Virus record (IMG/VR): IMGVR_UViG_2912723979_000001
Location: 1 to 64,000 of that record
Strand: one strand, 5' to 3'
Length of the DNA: 64,000 bases
DNA from: a virus
Taxonomy: Duplodnaviria > Caudoviricetes
Below are positions 30,160-39,062 of this stretch, in pieces (the first letter of the stretch is position 1; each line of letters starts with the position of its first letter). Position numbers and translations under genes: made by a program. The notes beneath the pieces are model-generated. The model did no database searches and was not told the origin of the DNA. It saw nothing but the letters and a program-made list of their open reading frames with translations.

Positions 30160-30543
30160 ATGAACACCCCGAAGAAGTCCCCCGACCAGCCGGACGCCGC
30201 CGCGCCCGAGCCGGCCACCGCCCCGGAGAACAGCCCGTCCTCGGAGCCCGCCACCGAACCACACGCCACCCACACAAGCGGCGGCGACTACGAGCCCTAC
30301 CCGGGCGCCGCCTACTTCCACGGAGGCCGCACCAGCGACGTCATCGCCGTCATGGCACAGCGCCTGAACCAGGAAGGCTTCAGCGACTACCGCCTGGGCG
30401 CGGACTGGACGAACTCCCACCGCCGGGCGTTCAAGACGTTCCAGGAGTCGCTGCGCCCCAAGGGCGGCGGAGACACTTCCGGCATCCCCGACGAGGCCGC
30501 CTGGAACAAGCTGCGCGTCCCGCGCGTCACCCCGGAGGCATGA
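30160..30543 (+). CDS. Stand-alone peptidoglycan-binding domain protein
   Basis: YEPYPGAAYF...RL...WNKLRVP parallels endolysin C-terminus YEPFPGAGWF...RL...WDKLHVP. Confidence 0.7.
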   Translation: MNTPKKSPDQPDAAAPEPATAPENSPSSEPATEPHATHTSGGDYEPYPGAAYFHGGRTSDVIAVMAQRLNQEGFSDYRLGADWTNSHRRAFKTFQESLRPKGGGDTSGIPDEAAWNKLRVPRVTPEA

Positions 30544-31469
30544 CCATGGCCACCTGCCGCGGAATCGACGTAAGCGCCTACCAGGGCACCCAGGACTGGA
30601 CAGCGTGGAAGAAGCAGGGCGTCGTCTTCGCCTTCGCCAAGGCGTCCGAGGGGCAGAGCACTCACGACCCGAAGTTCGCCACCCACATCAAGGGCATCAA
30701 GGCCGCCGACCTCGTCCCGGGCGGCTACCACTTCGCGTGGCCGAACCAAGACCCGCGCAAGGAGGCCGCGAACTACATTGCCGCGGTCAAGGGGGTCGCG
30801 GGCAAGGGCTTCTGTCACTGGCTCGACCTGGAGCGCTACAGCGACGGCCGGAACTACCGCGGTAAGAGCGACGCGCAGATCCGCGACTGGGTCACCACGT
30901 GGCTCGCCGCTGTGCGCACGGCGTTCCCCGGGCAGCGCGTCGGCGTCTACACGAGCGCCGACGACCTCGCCAAGGGCCACGTGCCGTCTGGAACGCCGCT
31001 CTGGTACCCGGCCTACCCGGGATCGTCCGTGGACACCTTCACGGAGGCGGAAGGACACTCGAAGCCCAAGCCCAGCGGCTGGACGCCGCTCATCTGGCAG
31101 TTCACCTCGGATCCCGCGGGTCCCACCCGCATCGACCAGTCCATCGCCTACATGTTCGCGGCCGACTTCCGCGCCTGGGCCGGCAGCGCGTCGGCGCCCG
31201 CACCGAAGCCAGCCTCGAAGTACGAGCCGTTCCCCGGTGCCGGCTGGTTCACGATGGGCCGCAAGAGCCCGATCGTCGCCGCGATGCACGACCGGCTTGT
31301 CGCTGTGGGCTGCAACCACTACCAGTCCTCGAAGAACAAGGACGTCATCGGCTCCGGCGACAAGGCGAGCTACGAGGCGTGGCAGCGCAAGTGCGGCTTC
31401 ACCGGTGCCGCCGCCACCTGGCCGCCCGGCAAGACCACCTGGGACAAGCTTCACGTCCCCAACGTCTGA
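30540..31469 (+). CDS. Endolysin, GH25 lysozyme + C-terminal cell-wall binding domain
   Basis: GIDVSAYQG, FAFAKASEG, GYHFA, WLDLE, IWQFTS. Confidence 0.92.
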   Translation: MTMATCRGIDVSAYQGTQDWTAWKKQGVVFAFAKASEGQSTHDPKFATHIKGIKAADLVPGGYHFAWPNQDPRKEAANYIAAVKGVAGKGFCHWLDLERYSDGRNYRGKSDAQIRDWVTTWLAAVRTAFPGQRVGVYTSADDLAKGHVPSGTPLWYPAYPGSSVDTFTEAEGHSKPKPSGWTPLIWQFTSDPAGPTRIDQSIAYMFAADFRAWAGSASAPAPKPASKYEPFPGAGWFTMGRKSPIVAAMHDRLVAVGCNHYQSSKNKDVIGSGDKASYEAWQRKCGFTGAAATWPPGKTTWDKLHVPNV

Positions 31470-31506
31470 CCCCTCCGACACCACCCACCCGCTCTAGGAG
31501 ACCACC

Positions 31507-31869
31507 GTGTCACCCACCAAACTGTTCGGTCGTGAACCGGCCGCCTGGCTGGCCCTCATCGCGGTCGCCGTGAAGCTTGCCGCCGCGTTCGGCCTGGACG
31601 TCACCGCCGACCAGCAGGCCACCATCAACGCCGTCGCCGCGGCCGCGATGGGCGTCCTGATCGCCGCCGTCGCCCACGACGGTGTCGGCGCCGCCGTCAT
31701 CGGCCTCGCGCAGGCCGGCCTCGCCCTCGCCATCGGGTTCGGCCTGGACTGGTCCGCCGACCGGCAGGCAGTCGTCATGGCCGCCGTCACCGTGGTGGTC
31801 GGCATGTGGGACCGCACCCAGGTCACCGCCCCGATCCCGGCAGAAGCCGTGCGCCGCCGCACCGCCTGA
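31507..31869 (+). CDS. Holin
   Basis: FGREPA start, multiple TM helices, after endolysin. Confidence 0.75.
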   Translation: MSPTKLFGREPAAWLALIAVAVKLAAAFGLDVTADQQATINAVAAAAMGVLIAAVAHDGVGAAVIGLAQAGLALAIGFGLDWSADRQAVVMAAVTVVVGMWDRTQVTAPIPAEAVRRRTA

Positions 31870-31908
31870 CCCTTGTCCGCCCACTTACCCCCCACACCGG
31901 AGCACACC

Positions 31909-32253
31909 GTGATCGATGAGCCGTCTCTGGGCGAGCTGGGGCGACTCATCCAGGCGCTCCGGGGCGATGTCCGAGACGACATGGCACAGATCAACGCCCG
32001 TCTCGACCGGCTCGTCAGCATGGACGTCTACACCGTGGAGAAGGCAGCGATGACCAAGGACATCGCCGACCTCACCAAAGACGTAGAGCAGTTGGCCGCC
32101 AAGCAAACCCAGGACATCGCGGCCCTCCAGGACCAGCGGCAGAAAGACAACGACCGAGTCACCCAGACCAGACGGTGGGTCGTCGCATCGGTAGTCATCC
32201 CGCTGCTGGGACTCGTGCTGCCGATCGTTTTGTTCATGGCAGGAGGAAAATGA
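31909..32253 (+). CDS. Lysis-cassette membrane protein (coiled coil + C-terminal TM)
   Basis: EPSLGELGR start, [15 protein letters not shown]. Confidence 0.65.
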   Translation: MIDEPSLGELGRLIQALRGDVRDDMAQINARLDRLVSMDVYTVEKAAMTKDIADLTKDVEQLAAKQTQDIAALQDQRQKDNDRVTQTRRWVVASVVIPLLGLVLPIVLFMAGGK

Positions 32254-32927
32254 CTCACCCGAGGTCTGGCAGCCGGGTGGAGGCACGCAAGCGTCACCGG
32301 CGAGGGAACTGGATCGCTGCTGCGGCGATCGTCATCGCGGGCGGCGCCCTGGCGGCGGTCGTCACCGCCTTCTTCACGCTGTCTCAGCAACTGGAGCGGG
32401 CCAACCACGCCCGGGATCTACTGGCGGCTCAGGTGCAGCAGCTCGGCGGTACCCCGGTGGCCGGCCCACCAGGATCGCGGGGCACCCCCGGGGCTACCGG
32501 ATTGGTCGGCCCGCCCGGCCCTGCGGGACCTTCCGGCCGGCCGGGGGAGTCCGGGAAGCCGGGCAAGCCCGCGCCCACCATCACCCCAAGCCCCGGGCCC
32601 TCAGGCCCGACGGGTCCGGCAGGGGCACCCGGAGCCGACTCCACCCTCCCCGGGCCGACCGGACCGGAGGGACAGCCCGGAGCCTCCGGAGCGCCCGGCC
32701 GCGACGGGGCGAACGGGGCGCCTCCGTCGTCGTGGACGTACAGCGACGAGTACGGGAATACCTACGAGTGCGTGCCGGTCAGCGACTTCGACCCGAGCGA
32801 CCCGCGGTACCGGTGCACACAGACATCCACCGCGTCCCCCACCACGTCGCCGGCGCCACCAAGCTCGTCGGATCCTGCCCCGTCGCCCAGCTCACTCGCT
32901 CCGCTGGGCCTCGCACCTCGGTTGTAG
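32250..32927 (+). CDS. Membrane-anchored collagen-like protein
   Basis: N-terminal TM, G-X-Y repeats, C-terminal WTY...YEC...YRC. Confidence 0.8.
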   Translation: MTHPRSGSRVEARKRHRRGNWIAAAAIVIAGGALAAVVTAFFTLSQQLERANHARDLLAAQVQQLGGTPVAGPPGSRGTPGATGLVGPPGPAGPSGRPGESGKPGKPAPTITPSPGPSGPTGPAGAPGADSTLPGPTGPEGQPGASGAPGRDGANGAPPSSWTYSDEYGNTYECVPVSDFDPSDPRYRCTQTSTASPTTSPAPPSSSDPAPSPSSLAPLGLAPRL

Positions 32928-33005
32928 CGCGCGGACCACCACATCGTGCTGCCTGCAACAGAGGGAAGGCCCCCACCAGTGGTAGGGGCCCTCCTTGTGT
33001 GACTG

Positions 33006-33200
33006 CTAGTGGCGGCGCTCCCACATGAGGAGCAGGATGCTGACGGCGCCGCTCCCGAGGCTGTATGAGGCACCCCGGATGAACTGGCGCTTTGCGTCGC
33101 GACCGTAGCGTGCAGCCTTTCCTGCAGCCCACTCACGCATACGACGAGGGACACGAGACAGTTGGTGCCATGTCCGCCGGACATTGCTAGGCTGGCTCAC
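33006..33200 (-). CDS. 64-aa basic micropeptide with C-terminal TM (RGASYSLGSGAVSILLL)
   Basis: GTG after GAAGGG RBS, structured leader; paralogue at 39063. Confidence 0.65.
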   Translation of the reverse strand: MSQPSNVRRTWHQLSRVPRRMREWAAGKAARYGRDAKRQFIRGASYSLGSGAVSILLLMWERRH

Positions 33201-33548
33201 GATGTTCCCTTCACTTCCTTTCAGTGCCTGATCGGATTTGGGTCATCACGCAGGGAGCCCTCCTGACGCTGGGCCTAGGAAACTTCGCGTCGGGGTTGGG
33301 CTCCTTCTGCTTCCAGCAGTCTAGTGAGGCATGCAAGCAGAACTGTCGACTTGTGGGTGCCATCTGACGGCCCGTCTCAACTGGTCGTAGTGGGTTGTAC
33401 CGTCCGGTCCCGGCTGGTCCCCACTAGTCCCGTGAAACGCGGGATCAACCCGGAGGAATCATCCACTCCGAAACCGGTTGTGTGACGGTCGTCACTTTCA
33501 AGAACAACGCGGCCCAGATAGTGAACGCGAGTCCTCAGCTACTGTGCA

Positions 33549-33589
33549 TGACGGTGCCCCGGCTGCTTTCCTCAGCCGGGGCACCGTCA
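33549..33589. terminator. Strong hairpin ending the leftward accessory operon
   Basis: Perfect 17-bp inverted repeat TGACGGTGCCCCGGCTG / CAGCCGGGGCACCGTCA. Confidence 0.7.
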
Positions 33590-33600
33590 CAAGCACTGGA

Positions 33601-33864
33601 TCAGGCGAGATCGCTACCATGCTCCTCGTTCATCTGCGAGGCTTCTTCCCACGTCAATGCTCGACGGCCGTATACGAGTTCAGCACCTCCGGAGTGGAGC
33701 TTGTCCAGGAGCCGCTGCGTCCGATCGCGCGCGTCCTGAGCAGCTTCCTCGGCGTACCACTCGACCAGCTCATCGGGCGTCGCATCTACGATGACGAAGG
33801 CGTCGACGACGCTGGAGAAGACAGCTAGACGGCCGTCTGGCTGCTTGATGATCTGGTGTCCCAC
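33601..33864 (-). CDS. Hypothetical protein
   Basis: GAGG RBS, MGHQIIKQPDG...; in operon. Confidence 0.7.
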   Translation of the reverse strand: MGHQIIKQPDGRLAVFSSVVDAFVIVDATPDELVEWYAEEAAQDARDRTQRLLDKLHSGGAELVYGRRALTWEEASQMNEEHGSDLA

Positions 33865-33875
33865 AGTAGTTCTCC

Positions 33876-34292
33876 TCAGTTCTCGGTAGCCGGTGCCTGA
33901 ACGAGATGGGCGAATCGCTCGTCGGGGCCCGGACCGACCTGCACGCCCTCGGGGTATTCCATCCCCGCCGTTGCGTGGCAGATGACGTACATCTCGTCGC
34001 CGTCCCGGTGCACTGCCACGTACTGGCCAGCGAACCCGACGATCCGGCCCTCCCGGCCATCGTGCTTCACCTCCAGGCCGACACGGAGGTTCAGGCCGTA
34101 GTAGTTTCGGATGTGCTCGATGCTGTTCGCGACGCGGGTGCGGATGCTGCGGGCGTCCTCCCGTAGTTCCTCAACCCGGTCCTCGATCTCGAGCTGGCGC
34201 TCCAACGGCGAGGCCAGGTCCATGGTGTCGAGGAGTTCGCGGGCCTTACGCTCGAAGACTTCGGCGTCGGCGTAGATGGCGGCACTACTCAT
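33876..34292 (-). CDS. Hypothetical protein
   Basis: Coiled coil then SH3-like beta region; RBS within junction repeat. Confidence 0.7.
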   Translation of the reverse strand: MSSAAIYADAEVFERKARELLDTMDLASPLERQLEIEDRVEELREDARSIRTRVANSIEHIRNYYGLNLRVGLEVKHDGREGRIVGFAGQYVAVHRDGDEMYVICHATAGMEYPEGVQVGPGPDERFAHLVQAPATEN

Positions 34293-34303
34293 GGTCGGTG
34301 TCC

Positions 34304-34537
34304 TCACTTCTCGGTGGCGTGGCCGGCGGCCGTGACGGCGCGGGCAATCGCCAGTGCGTCCTTGACCGTGGTGGGCTCGTCTCCGACCAACTTGGCGTAC
34401 ACAGCCGAGGAACGCAGGAGCTTTGCGAGGGCCTGCCCAAGGTCGGGGGCGATCGTCTGTACGTCGAGCTGAAGAACCGCGTCGGCGCCGTCAATCAACT
34501 CCTGCGCTACCTGCTCCCTGTGGCTCTTGGTTAGCAT
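34304..34537 (-). CDS. Hypothetical protein (ends ATEK)
   Basis: Bounded by junction repeats. Confidence 0.7.
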   Translation of the reverse strand: MLTKSHREQVAQELIDGADAVLQLDVQTIAPDLGQALAKLLRSSAVYAKLVGDEPTTVKDALAIARAVTAAGHATEK

Positions 34538-34548
34538 GCTCAGTGTCC

Positions 34549-34806
34549 TCACTTCTCGGTGGAGTGGTCGGCAGGCAGGTGGGCGCGGCCGGCCTCGGTC
34601 AGCAGCAGCGGCTTCTTCAAGCTGACCTCCGGCCCCCACTTTGCCCAGCCGTGGCGGACGATCGCGGTGGCGGTGGCGGCGGTGATGCGTCCCCCGTTCG
34701 CGTAGACGTTGGTGTCGGCGAAGGCGCGGGCGCTACGGTAGGCGCTGCCGTCGGCGATGAGGACGAGGGCGTCCCGCTGTGCCTTGGTCGGCTTCGTAGC
34801 AGTCAT
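34549..34806 (-). CDS. Hypothetical protein, possible winged helix (ends HSTEK)
   Basis: PTKAQRDAL...LLLTEAGR pattern. Confidence 0.7.
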   Translation of the reverse strand: MTATKPTKAQRDALVLIADGSAYRSARAFADTNVYANGGRITAATATAIVRHGWAKWGPEVSLKKPLLLTEAGRAHLPADHSTEK

Positions 34807-35006
34807 GGCCGGTGTCCTCGCTCCTCGGTGGCGCGGTCGGCGACGTTCACGACGGCGGCTACATCCAGCGAAGGGCCCGGGTTCGGCCCCTGGTAGTTGC
34901 CGCCGCAGGAGCAGTGCTGCCCCTCGTAGAGGTAGCAGTGCACGAAGTGCGGGCCGTCCGGCAGACGGTTGCCGTTGGCGATGACCTGATGCATCAGGAA
35001 GTTCAT
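34803..35006 (-). CDS. His/Cys microprotein (HFVHCYLYEGQHCSCGGNYQGP)
   Basis: RBS in junction repeat; paralogue at 41831. Confidence 0.7.
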   Translation of the reverse strand: MNFLMHQVIANGNRLPDGPHFVHCYLYEGQHCSCGGNYQGPNPGPSLDVAAVVNVADRATEERGHRP

Positions 35007-35018
35007 GGGCTGGTGTCC

Positions 35019-35321
35019 TCACTTCTCGCGGTGGTACCGGTTGACGTGGTTGTTGATGCTTTCGCGGGCGCCCCGGTAGCCGCAGCCGAGCGGGCACTCC
35101 TGCCAGAGTCCCTTGTCGACGGCTGCCTTGGTGACCGAGTTCTCGGCGTCGGGCCCGTAGCCGTGGGCGTGGAGCATCTGGGCGACGGTGCCGCCGTGGT
35201 GGATGGCGAGGAACGCGGCTTCGGCGGTCTTGTCGTGGCCGGCGGCGAAGTACCGGCCGTAACCGATCTCCCGGCCACACCCGCAATAGCAGAACCCGGT
35301 GGGCTGAGCGGTGTCTGTCAT
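35019..35321 (-). CDS. Zn-binding hypothetical protein (CYCGC...GHD; CPLGC...H...H)
   Basis: Cys/His motifs, good codon bias. Confidence 0.75.
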   Translation of the reverse strand: MTDTAQPTGFCYCGCGREIGYGRYFAAGHDKTAEAAFLAIHHGGTVAQMLHAHGYGPDAENSVTKAAVDKGLWQECPLGCGYRGARESINNHVNRYHREK

Positions 35322-35355
35322 GCAGTCAGCTTAGCCACCCTTGCCCCATCAAGAC

Positions 35356-35377
35356 AACCCTTGGAGATCCAAGGGTT
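35356..35377. promoter_or_regulatory. Palindromic operator candidate in a divergent promoter region
   Basis: AACCCTTGGA-GA-TCCAAGGGTT perfect 10-bp arms. Confidence 0.5.
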
Positions 35378-35533
35378 TCGCGCGAAAGCCGACCCTCAGA
35401 AAGGCCCCTAGGACACCCGAACCCAGAGCGGTCGGTGTGGCGCGACGTCCGGACGCGTCTCAGGCCGTCAGGCGGCCGTACAGCCGATCCGGCCTGTCCT
35501 GCGCCCCGTTGGAGGCAGTGCGCGCCGTGACTG

Positions 35534-35553
35534 GCGATAAGCTCACATATCGC
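35534..35553. other. Candidate tyrosine-recombinase core site
   Basis: GCGATA-N8-TATCGC upstream of the recombinase operon. Confidence 0.4.
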
Positions 35554-35577
35554 GCACCAAAAGCGGTACAGTGAAGC

Positions 35578-35868
35578 ATGCCTGAAGCCTCGACACATTC
35601 CCACGCAGCCCTCTCCGCTGCGGGCGCCGCTGAAGCCGAAACCCTCCGCTCCACCGCTGCGCGCCTCGCGGAGATCGATGGCCTGGCTGACACCAGCGCC
35701 CTCCGCGAAGTTCTCCTCGACCTCAGCTACGCCCTTGCCAGCCTCACCGGCCCGGTCGGGGCTCTCCTTGATACCTGGAACGAAACCGCCGTCGAACCTG
35801 TCGATTCGGACGTGGACGCGCTCACCGACATCGCGGCTGTCCTCCGACACTGCGCCAACAACACCTGA
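35578..35868 (+). CDS. Hypothetical protein
   Basis: ORF upstream of recombinase, probably leaderless behind a TACAGT -10. Confidence 0.6.
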   Translation: MPEASTHSHAALSAAGAAEAETLRSTAARLAEIDGLADTSALREVLLDLSYALASLTGPVGALLDTWNETAVEPVDSDVDALTDIAAVLRHCANNT

Positions 35869-35883
35869 CCGGAGGAGGGCCGC

Positions 35884-36912
35884 GTGGCCGACAACCTGCC
35901 TGCCAGACTCAGTGAACCCGCGCTCCTGCCCCATCAGTTCGACGACCAGCTCCGCGCCCGGCTCGCCGCCCTCGACGCCGCCTCCGACACCCACGCCGAC
36001 GACCAACGCCCCGGCAACACCACCCGCGCCTACAACGCCGACTGGAAAACCTGGGAAGCCTTCTGCACCCAGCTCCAGATCCCCACCACTGCCGCCACCC
36101 GCGGCACCCTCCGTGCGTTCGTCGACTACCTGTGGAACCGGGAACAGCGTGCCTACTCCACCATCGACCGCAAACTCGCCGGGGTCACCGTCAAGCTCCG
36201 CAAGGAGTACAAGGTCATTGTCGACCCCGAGGCCACGAAGGCGGCAAGGGAGTTGCTGAAGGACTACGCCAAGCAGGCCGCGGCCGCCGAGGAACCCGCG
36301 CGCGGCCGCGGGAAGGCGCCCGCCCTCCGCCTCGTCACCCTCCGAGAGATCGTCGCCAAGTGCGACACCGACATCTTCGGCCTCCGCGACCGCGCCATGC
36401 TCCTCCTCGGCTTCTCCATCGCCGCCCGCCGCGCCGAACTCGCCGGCCTCCGCCTGCGGAACATCCGGCCCGACGACAACGGCCTCCTGGTCCACGTCGC
36501 CGTCTCCAAGACCGCCCCCCGCACCGTCCCCGTCCCCTACGGCCAGAACCCCGAGACCTGCCCCGTCCGCGCCTGGCATGCCTGGGTCGACGCCGCCCGC
36601 ATCACCGACCCGGACCGGCACGCGTTCCGCCGCATCCACCACACCGGGAAGGTGCAGCCCCAGGGCCTCAGCCCTCAGCGCGCCGGCGACATCATCACCG
36701 CTGCCGGGCTCCGTGCCGGATGCGAGGACCTCTTCACCGGCCACTCCGTCCGCTCCGGCCTCGCCACCGAAGCACGCCGCGCCGGGAAGGACCGCAAGGC
36801 CATCGCCGCGATCACCGGCCACAAGAAAGGCTCGAAGGTCCTGGACGGCTACATGCAGATCGTCGACCAGTGGGACGAGAAGGACAACGCCCTGATCGGA
36901 CTCGGCCTCTGA
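35884..36912 (+). CDS. Tyrosine recombinase, Cre-like (probable dimer resolvase)
   Basis: SAM-like N-domain (NTTRAYNADWKTW), RDRAMLLLGF.IAARRAE, GHSVRSG, TGH, catalytic Y in LDGY. Confidence 0.9.
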   Translation: MADNLPARLSEPALLPHQFDDQLRARLAALDAASDTHADDQRPGNTTRAYNADWKTWEAFCTQLQIPTTAATRGTLRAFVDYLWNREQRAYSTIDRKLAGVTVKLRKEYKVIVDPEATKAARELLKDYAKQAAAAEEPARGRGKAPALRLVTLREIVAKCDTDIFGLRDRAMLLLGFSIAARRAELAGLRLRNIRPDDNGLLVHVAVSKTAPRTVPVPYGQNPETCPVRAWHAWVDAARITDPDRHAFRRIHHTGKVQPQGLSPQRAGDIITAAGLRAGCEDLFTGHSVRSGLATEARRAGKDRKAIAAITGHKKGSKVLDGYMQIVDQWDEKDNALIGLGL

Positions 36913-36931
36913 GATACAGGGAGACCCAAGT

Positions 36932-37186
36932 ATGTACATCGACCCACGCCTTGTGGCGATTGACGCCACTGCCGATGAACGACACCCGACTGAGGTATTC
37001 GAGGCTCAGTTCACCGTCGTCGCCGACAACCTTTTCGCCGGCTACCTGCGCGACCCGCAACGCACAGACGCCATGCTGCGCCGCGATGGACTCACCAAGA
37101 CGGCTGACCGGCTGGTCGAAGTCCTCGGTTCCCGCTGGTGGGAGGACCTTCCGACAGAAGACGGCTCCGAGAACGCCCAGCACTGA
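36932..37186 (+). CDS. Hypothetical protein
   Basis: GGGAG RBS, ORF after recombinase. Confidence 0.6.
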   Translation: MYIDPRLVAIDATADERHPTEVFEAQFTVVADNLFAGYLRDPQRTDAMLRRDGLTKTADRLVEVLGSRWWEDLPTEDGSENAQH

Positions 37187-37406
37187 TGTCGGCAGTCTCC
37201 AGCATTTGTTGGTAACTGACCTGGCCCGGTCGGCTCCTTCCTACACGCCGCGGAGCCGACCGGGCTTTCGTGCGCCCGCGTCTGACCTGGAGTTCTCGTA
37301 GGAGCGGCGCCCATGCCGAGCCGGGAGTCCACGCCGTGTCTCCTGTCGGCCGACGGTCCAGCACTGCGAAGGGGTGAACAGTTCCCCTACGCGCTGGAGG
37401 CGCGCG

Positions 37407-37553
37407 ATGCCGATTCACGAACTGATCCACCAGGCCGAGGGCTTCCTGCACTGGTACGACCTCATCCGTGTGTTCGGAGGCGACCTGGTCCAGGTGGTCC
37501 GCTGGGTGCTGCTGCGCCCGGGCGCCGGCCGTCACCGGCGGCCGCGAGGCTAG
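37407..37553 (+). CDS. 48-aa amphipathic micropeptide MPIHELIHQAEGFLHWYDLIRVFGGDLVQVVRWVLLRPGAGRHRRPRG (absent from ORF track)
   Basis: GGAGG 6 nt upstream; translated by hand; 14-bp leader hairpin near 37223-37265. Confidence 0.55.
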   Translation: MPIHELIHQAEGFLHWYDLIRVFGGDLVQVVRWVLLRPGAGRHRRPRG

Positions 37554-37873
37554 CCGGGCGCGGGGAGCGCGTCACGGAGGTAGACGGGGAGGGCCTCGCG
37601 TACCGCGGGGCTCGCCTCCCAGCTGCCGATGGCGAGTTCGTCGGCTGTGACGGTGACCCGGGTTCCGGTGTCGGTGTAGGCGACGGCCCGTAACGTGTCC
37701 CCGGGCCGGGGTGGCGCCGCGGCAAGGTGGCCGGCGAGTACGGCGCGGGCGATGTCGGCGAGCGCCGCGGTGGTGGTGGCGCGCCCGTATCTCTGGCAGA
37801 TCCACACGCCGCTGAACGGCTCGTGGAGTTCCACCTGCCAGGTGAGGCGGGTGGGGGTGTCTTCGCAGGTCAT
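37550..37873 (-). CDS. Hypothetical protein
   Basis: Clean ORF with GC3 bias. Confidence 0.6.
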   Translation of the reverse strand: MTCEDTPTRLTWQVELHEPFSGVWICQRYGRATTTAALADIARAVLAGHLAAAPPRPGDTLRAVAYTDTGTRVTVTADELAIGSWEASPAVREALPVYLRDALPAPG

Positions 37874-37930
37874 GGGCTGATCTTGCCCTGTGCTGCGGGT
37901 GCTGGATGCGAGTACTGGCGGGTTACTTGC

Positions 37931-38542
37931 CTACCGCTTGATCTCGCCTGCGCTGGATGGGGAGCCGCCGAGTCTCCACGTGGACTGCTTGTGGGACCGG
38001 GTCGCGCCCGAGTCGATGACGTCATCAACCCATGAATGCCCAGGGACGCAGGCCAGGTGTGCCCATCCTCCGCCGGGCGCTGGCGCGACCTCGGCCCTTC
38101 GCCCGCGGGGCTTCTCGCACACCGCGCAGACGGCGAGGCCGCTGCCGCCTTGGCGGAACGGTGACGTAGGGAACGTGCGGAGGGAGAAGGAAGGCGGCGC
38201 ATCGATCCGGACGACCTGCAGCATCTCGGGAAGCGGCTCGCTGCTGCGCCCCTGGCGCCTGCGGGTCGGCTTGTCGGGGGCGAGCTTGCGCACGCCAGCG
38301 GTGTTTGCCCCTGCTGAGGCGGCCTTGGCCTTGGGCGTCTTCTTCGTGCCCGTCTGACGGCGCTGGGTCTGCTTCTGCGGTGCTCGCTGAGGGGGTGCTC
38401 CGGAACCTGCCTTGATGGCCTGGTTGAGGCATGCGGCGTGGCAGGTCTTTCCGGAACGGGCTTGCGCGGTGGGCTTGTTGCCAAGCAGCTTGCGGCAGAT
38501 GGCGCAGGACCGTTCACCGGTGTGCGGCGTGCGGGAGGTCAC
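37931..38542 (-). CDS. Protein with two CxxC...HxxC zinc-finger-like motifs
   Basis: CAIC...CHAAC and CAVC...WAHLAC; GTGA-coupled to XRE gene. Confidence 0.6.
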   Translation of the reverse strand: MTSRTPHTGERSCAICRKLLGNKPTAQARSGKTCHAACLNQAIKAGSGAPPQRAPQKQTQRRQTGTKKTPKAKAASAGANTAGVRKLAPDKPTRRRQGRSSEPLPEMLQVVRIDAPPSFSLRTFPTSPFRQGGSGLAVCAVCEKPRGRRAEVAPAPGGGWAHLACVPGHSWVDDVIDSGATRSHKQSTWRLGGSPSSAGEIKR

Positions 38543-38961
38543 GTCGGCAGCGTAGCGGCTTCGTTCTGCATACGGAGGGCGAGTTCTATACCGCTCATCA
38601 GCATGTGTCGGATGAGCGGGTCCGTAATGCCCAGTGCCTGTACCGCTCCATATGGCGTCAGCGCTTGAGGCTCATCCTGTTTTGGCCAGGCGTCCTCCGA
38701 GATCGTGCCAGCTGCCACGAAGAGATCCCGTACGTCGCATCGCACCTCGCGGGCGATGCTCTCAAACTGGGCGGGATGCGGGAGGGTTCGCCCGTTCAGC
38801 ATGCGAGTGACTGCCGAGTGACTCATGCCGGTGCGCTCGGCAAACAAGATGCGGTTGCCGGTGCCAGGGGAGAGGTCAAGGCCGATTCTGCTGGCGAGGT
38901 CGGCGACAAGCTCACCGAAGCGTTGCGCAGGAGTCTCTTTGGTCTCTGCAGTCGGTTCCAT
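38539..38961 (-). CDS. XRE-family HTH regulator
   Basis: FAERTGMSHSAVTRMLNGRTLP HTH. Confidence 0.8.
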   Translation of the reverse strand: MEPTAETKETPAQRFGELVADLASRIGLDLSPGTGNRILFAERTGMSHSAVTRMLNGRTLPHPAQFESIAREVRCDVRDLFVAAGTISEDAWPKQDEPQALTPYGAVQALGITDPLIRHMLMSGIELALRMQNEAATLPT

Positions 38962-39062
38962 GAGCCGAAGATAGCACGCGTGCAATCGGCAGTGCACGCG
39001 TGCGCTGTGTCACTTCCCGGCGAGTGCCGGGGCAGACCTCTCGGCTTGCCCCGGCCGTGCCC

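Larger units (their letters stand above)
34298..35034 (-). repeat. Four copies of a ~20-bp gene-junction repeat GTGTCCTCACTTCTCGGTGG (34298, 34543, 34812, 35013)
   Basis: Copies 1-2 identical, copy 3 18/20, copy 4 has a 2-nt insertion; on the coding strand it reads GAG AAG TGA GGACAC (EK-stop + RBS). Confidence 0.85.

Noticed and set aside
34298-35034. CRISPR array
   Set aside because: Units are 200-270 bp apart and separated by protein-coding genes; no cas genes in the window
35884-36912. Prophage integrase with attP/attL
   Set aside because: No tRNA, att core duplication or host boundary seen; Rep and Par present; a resolvase role fits better but is unproven
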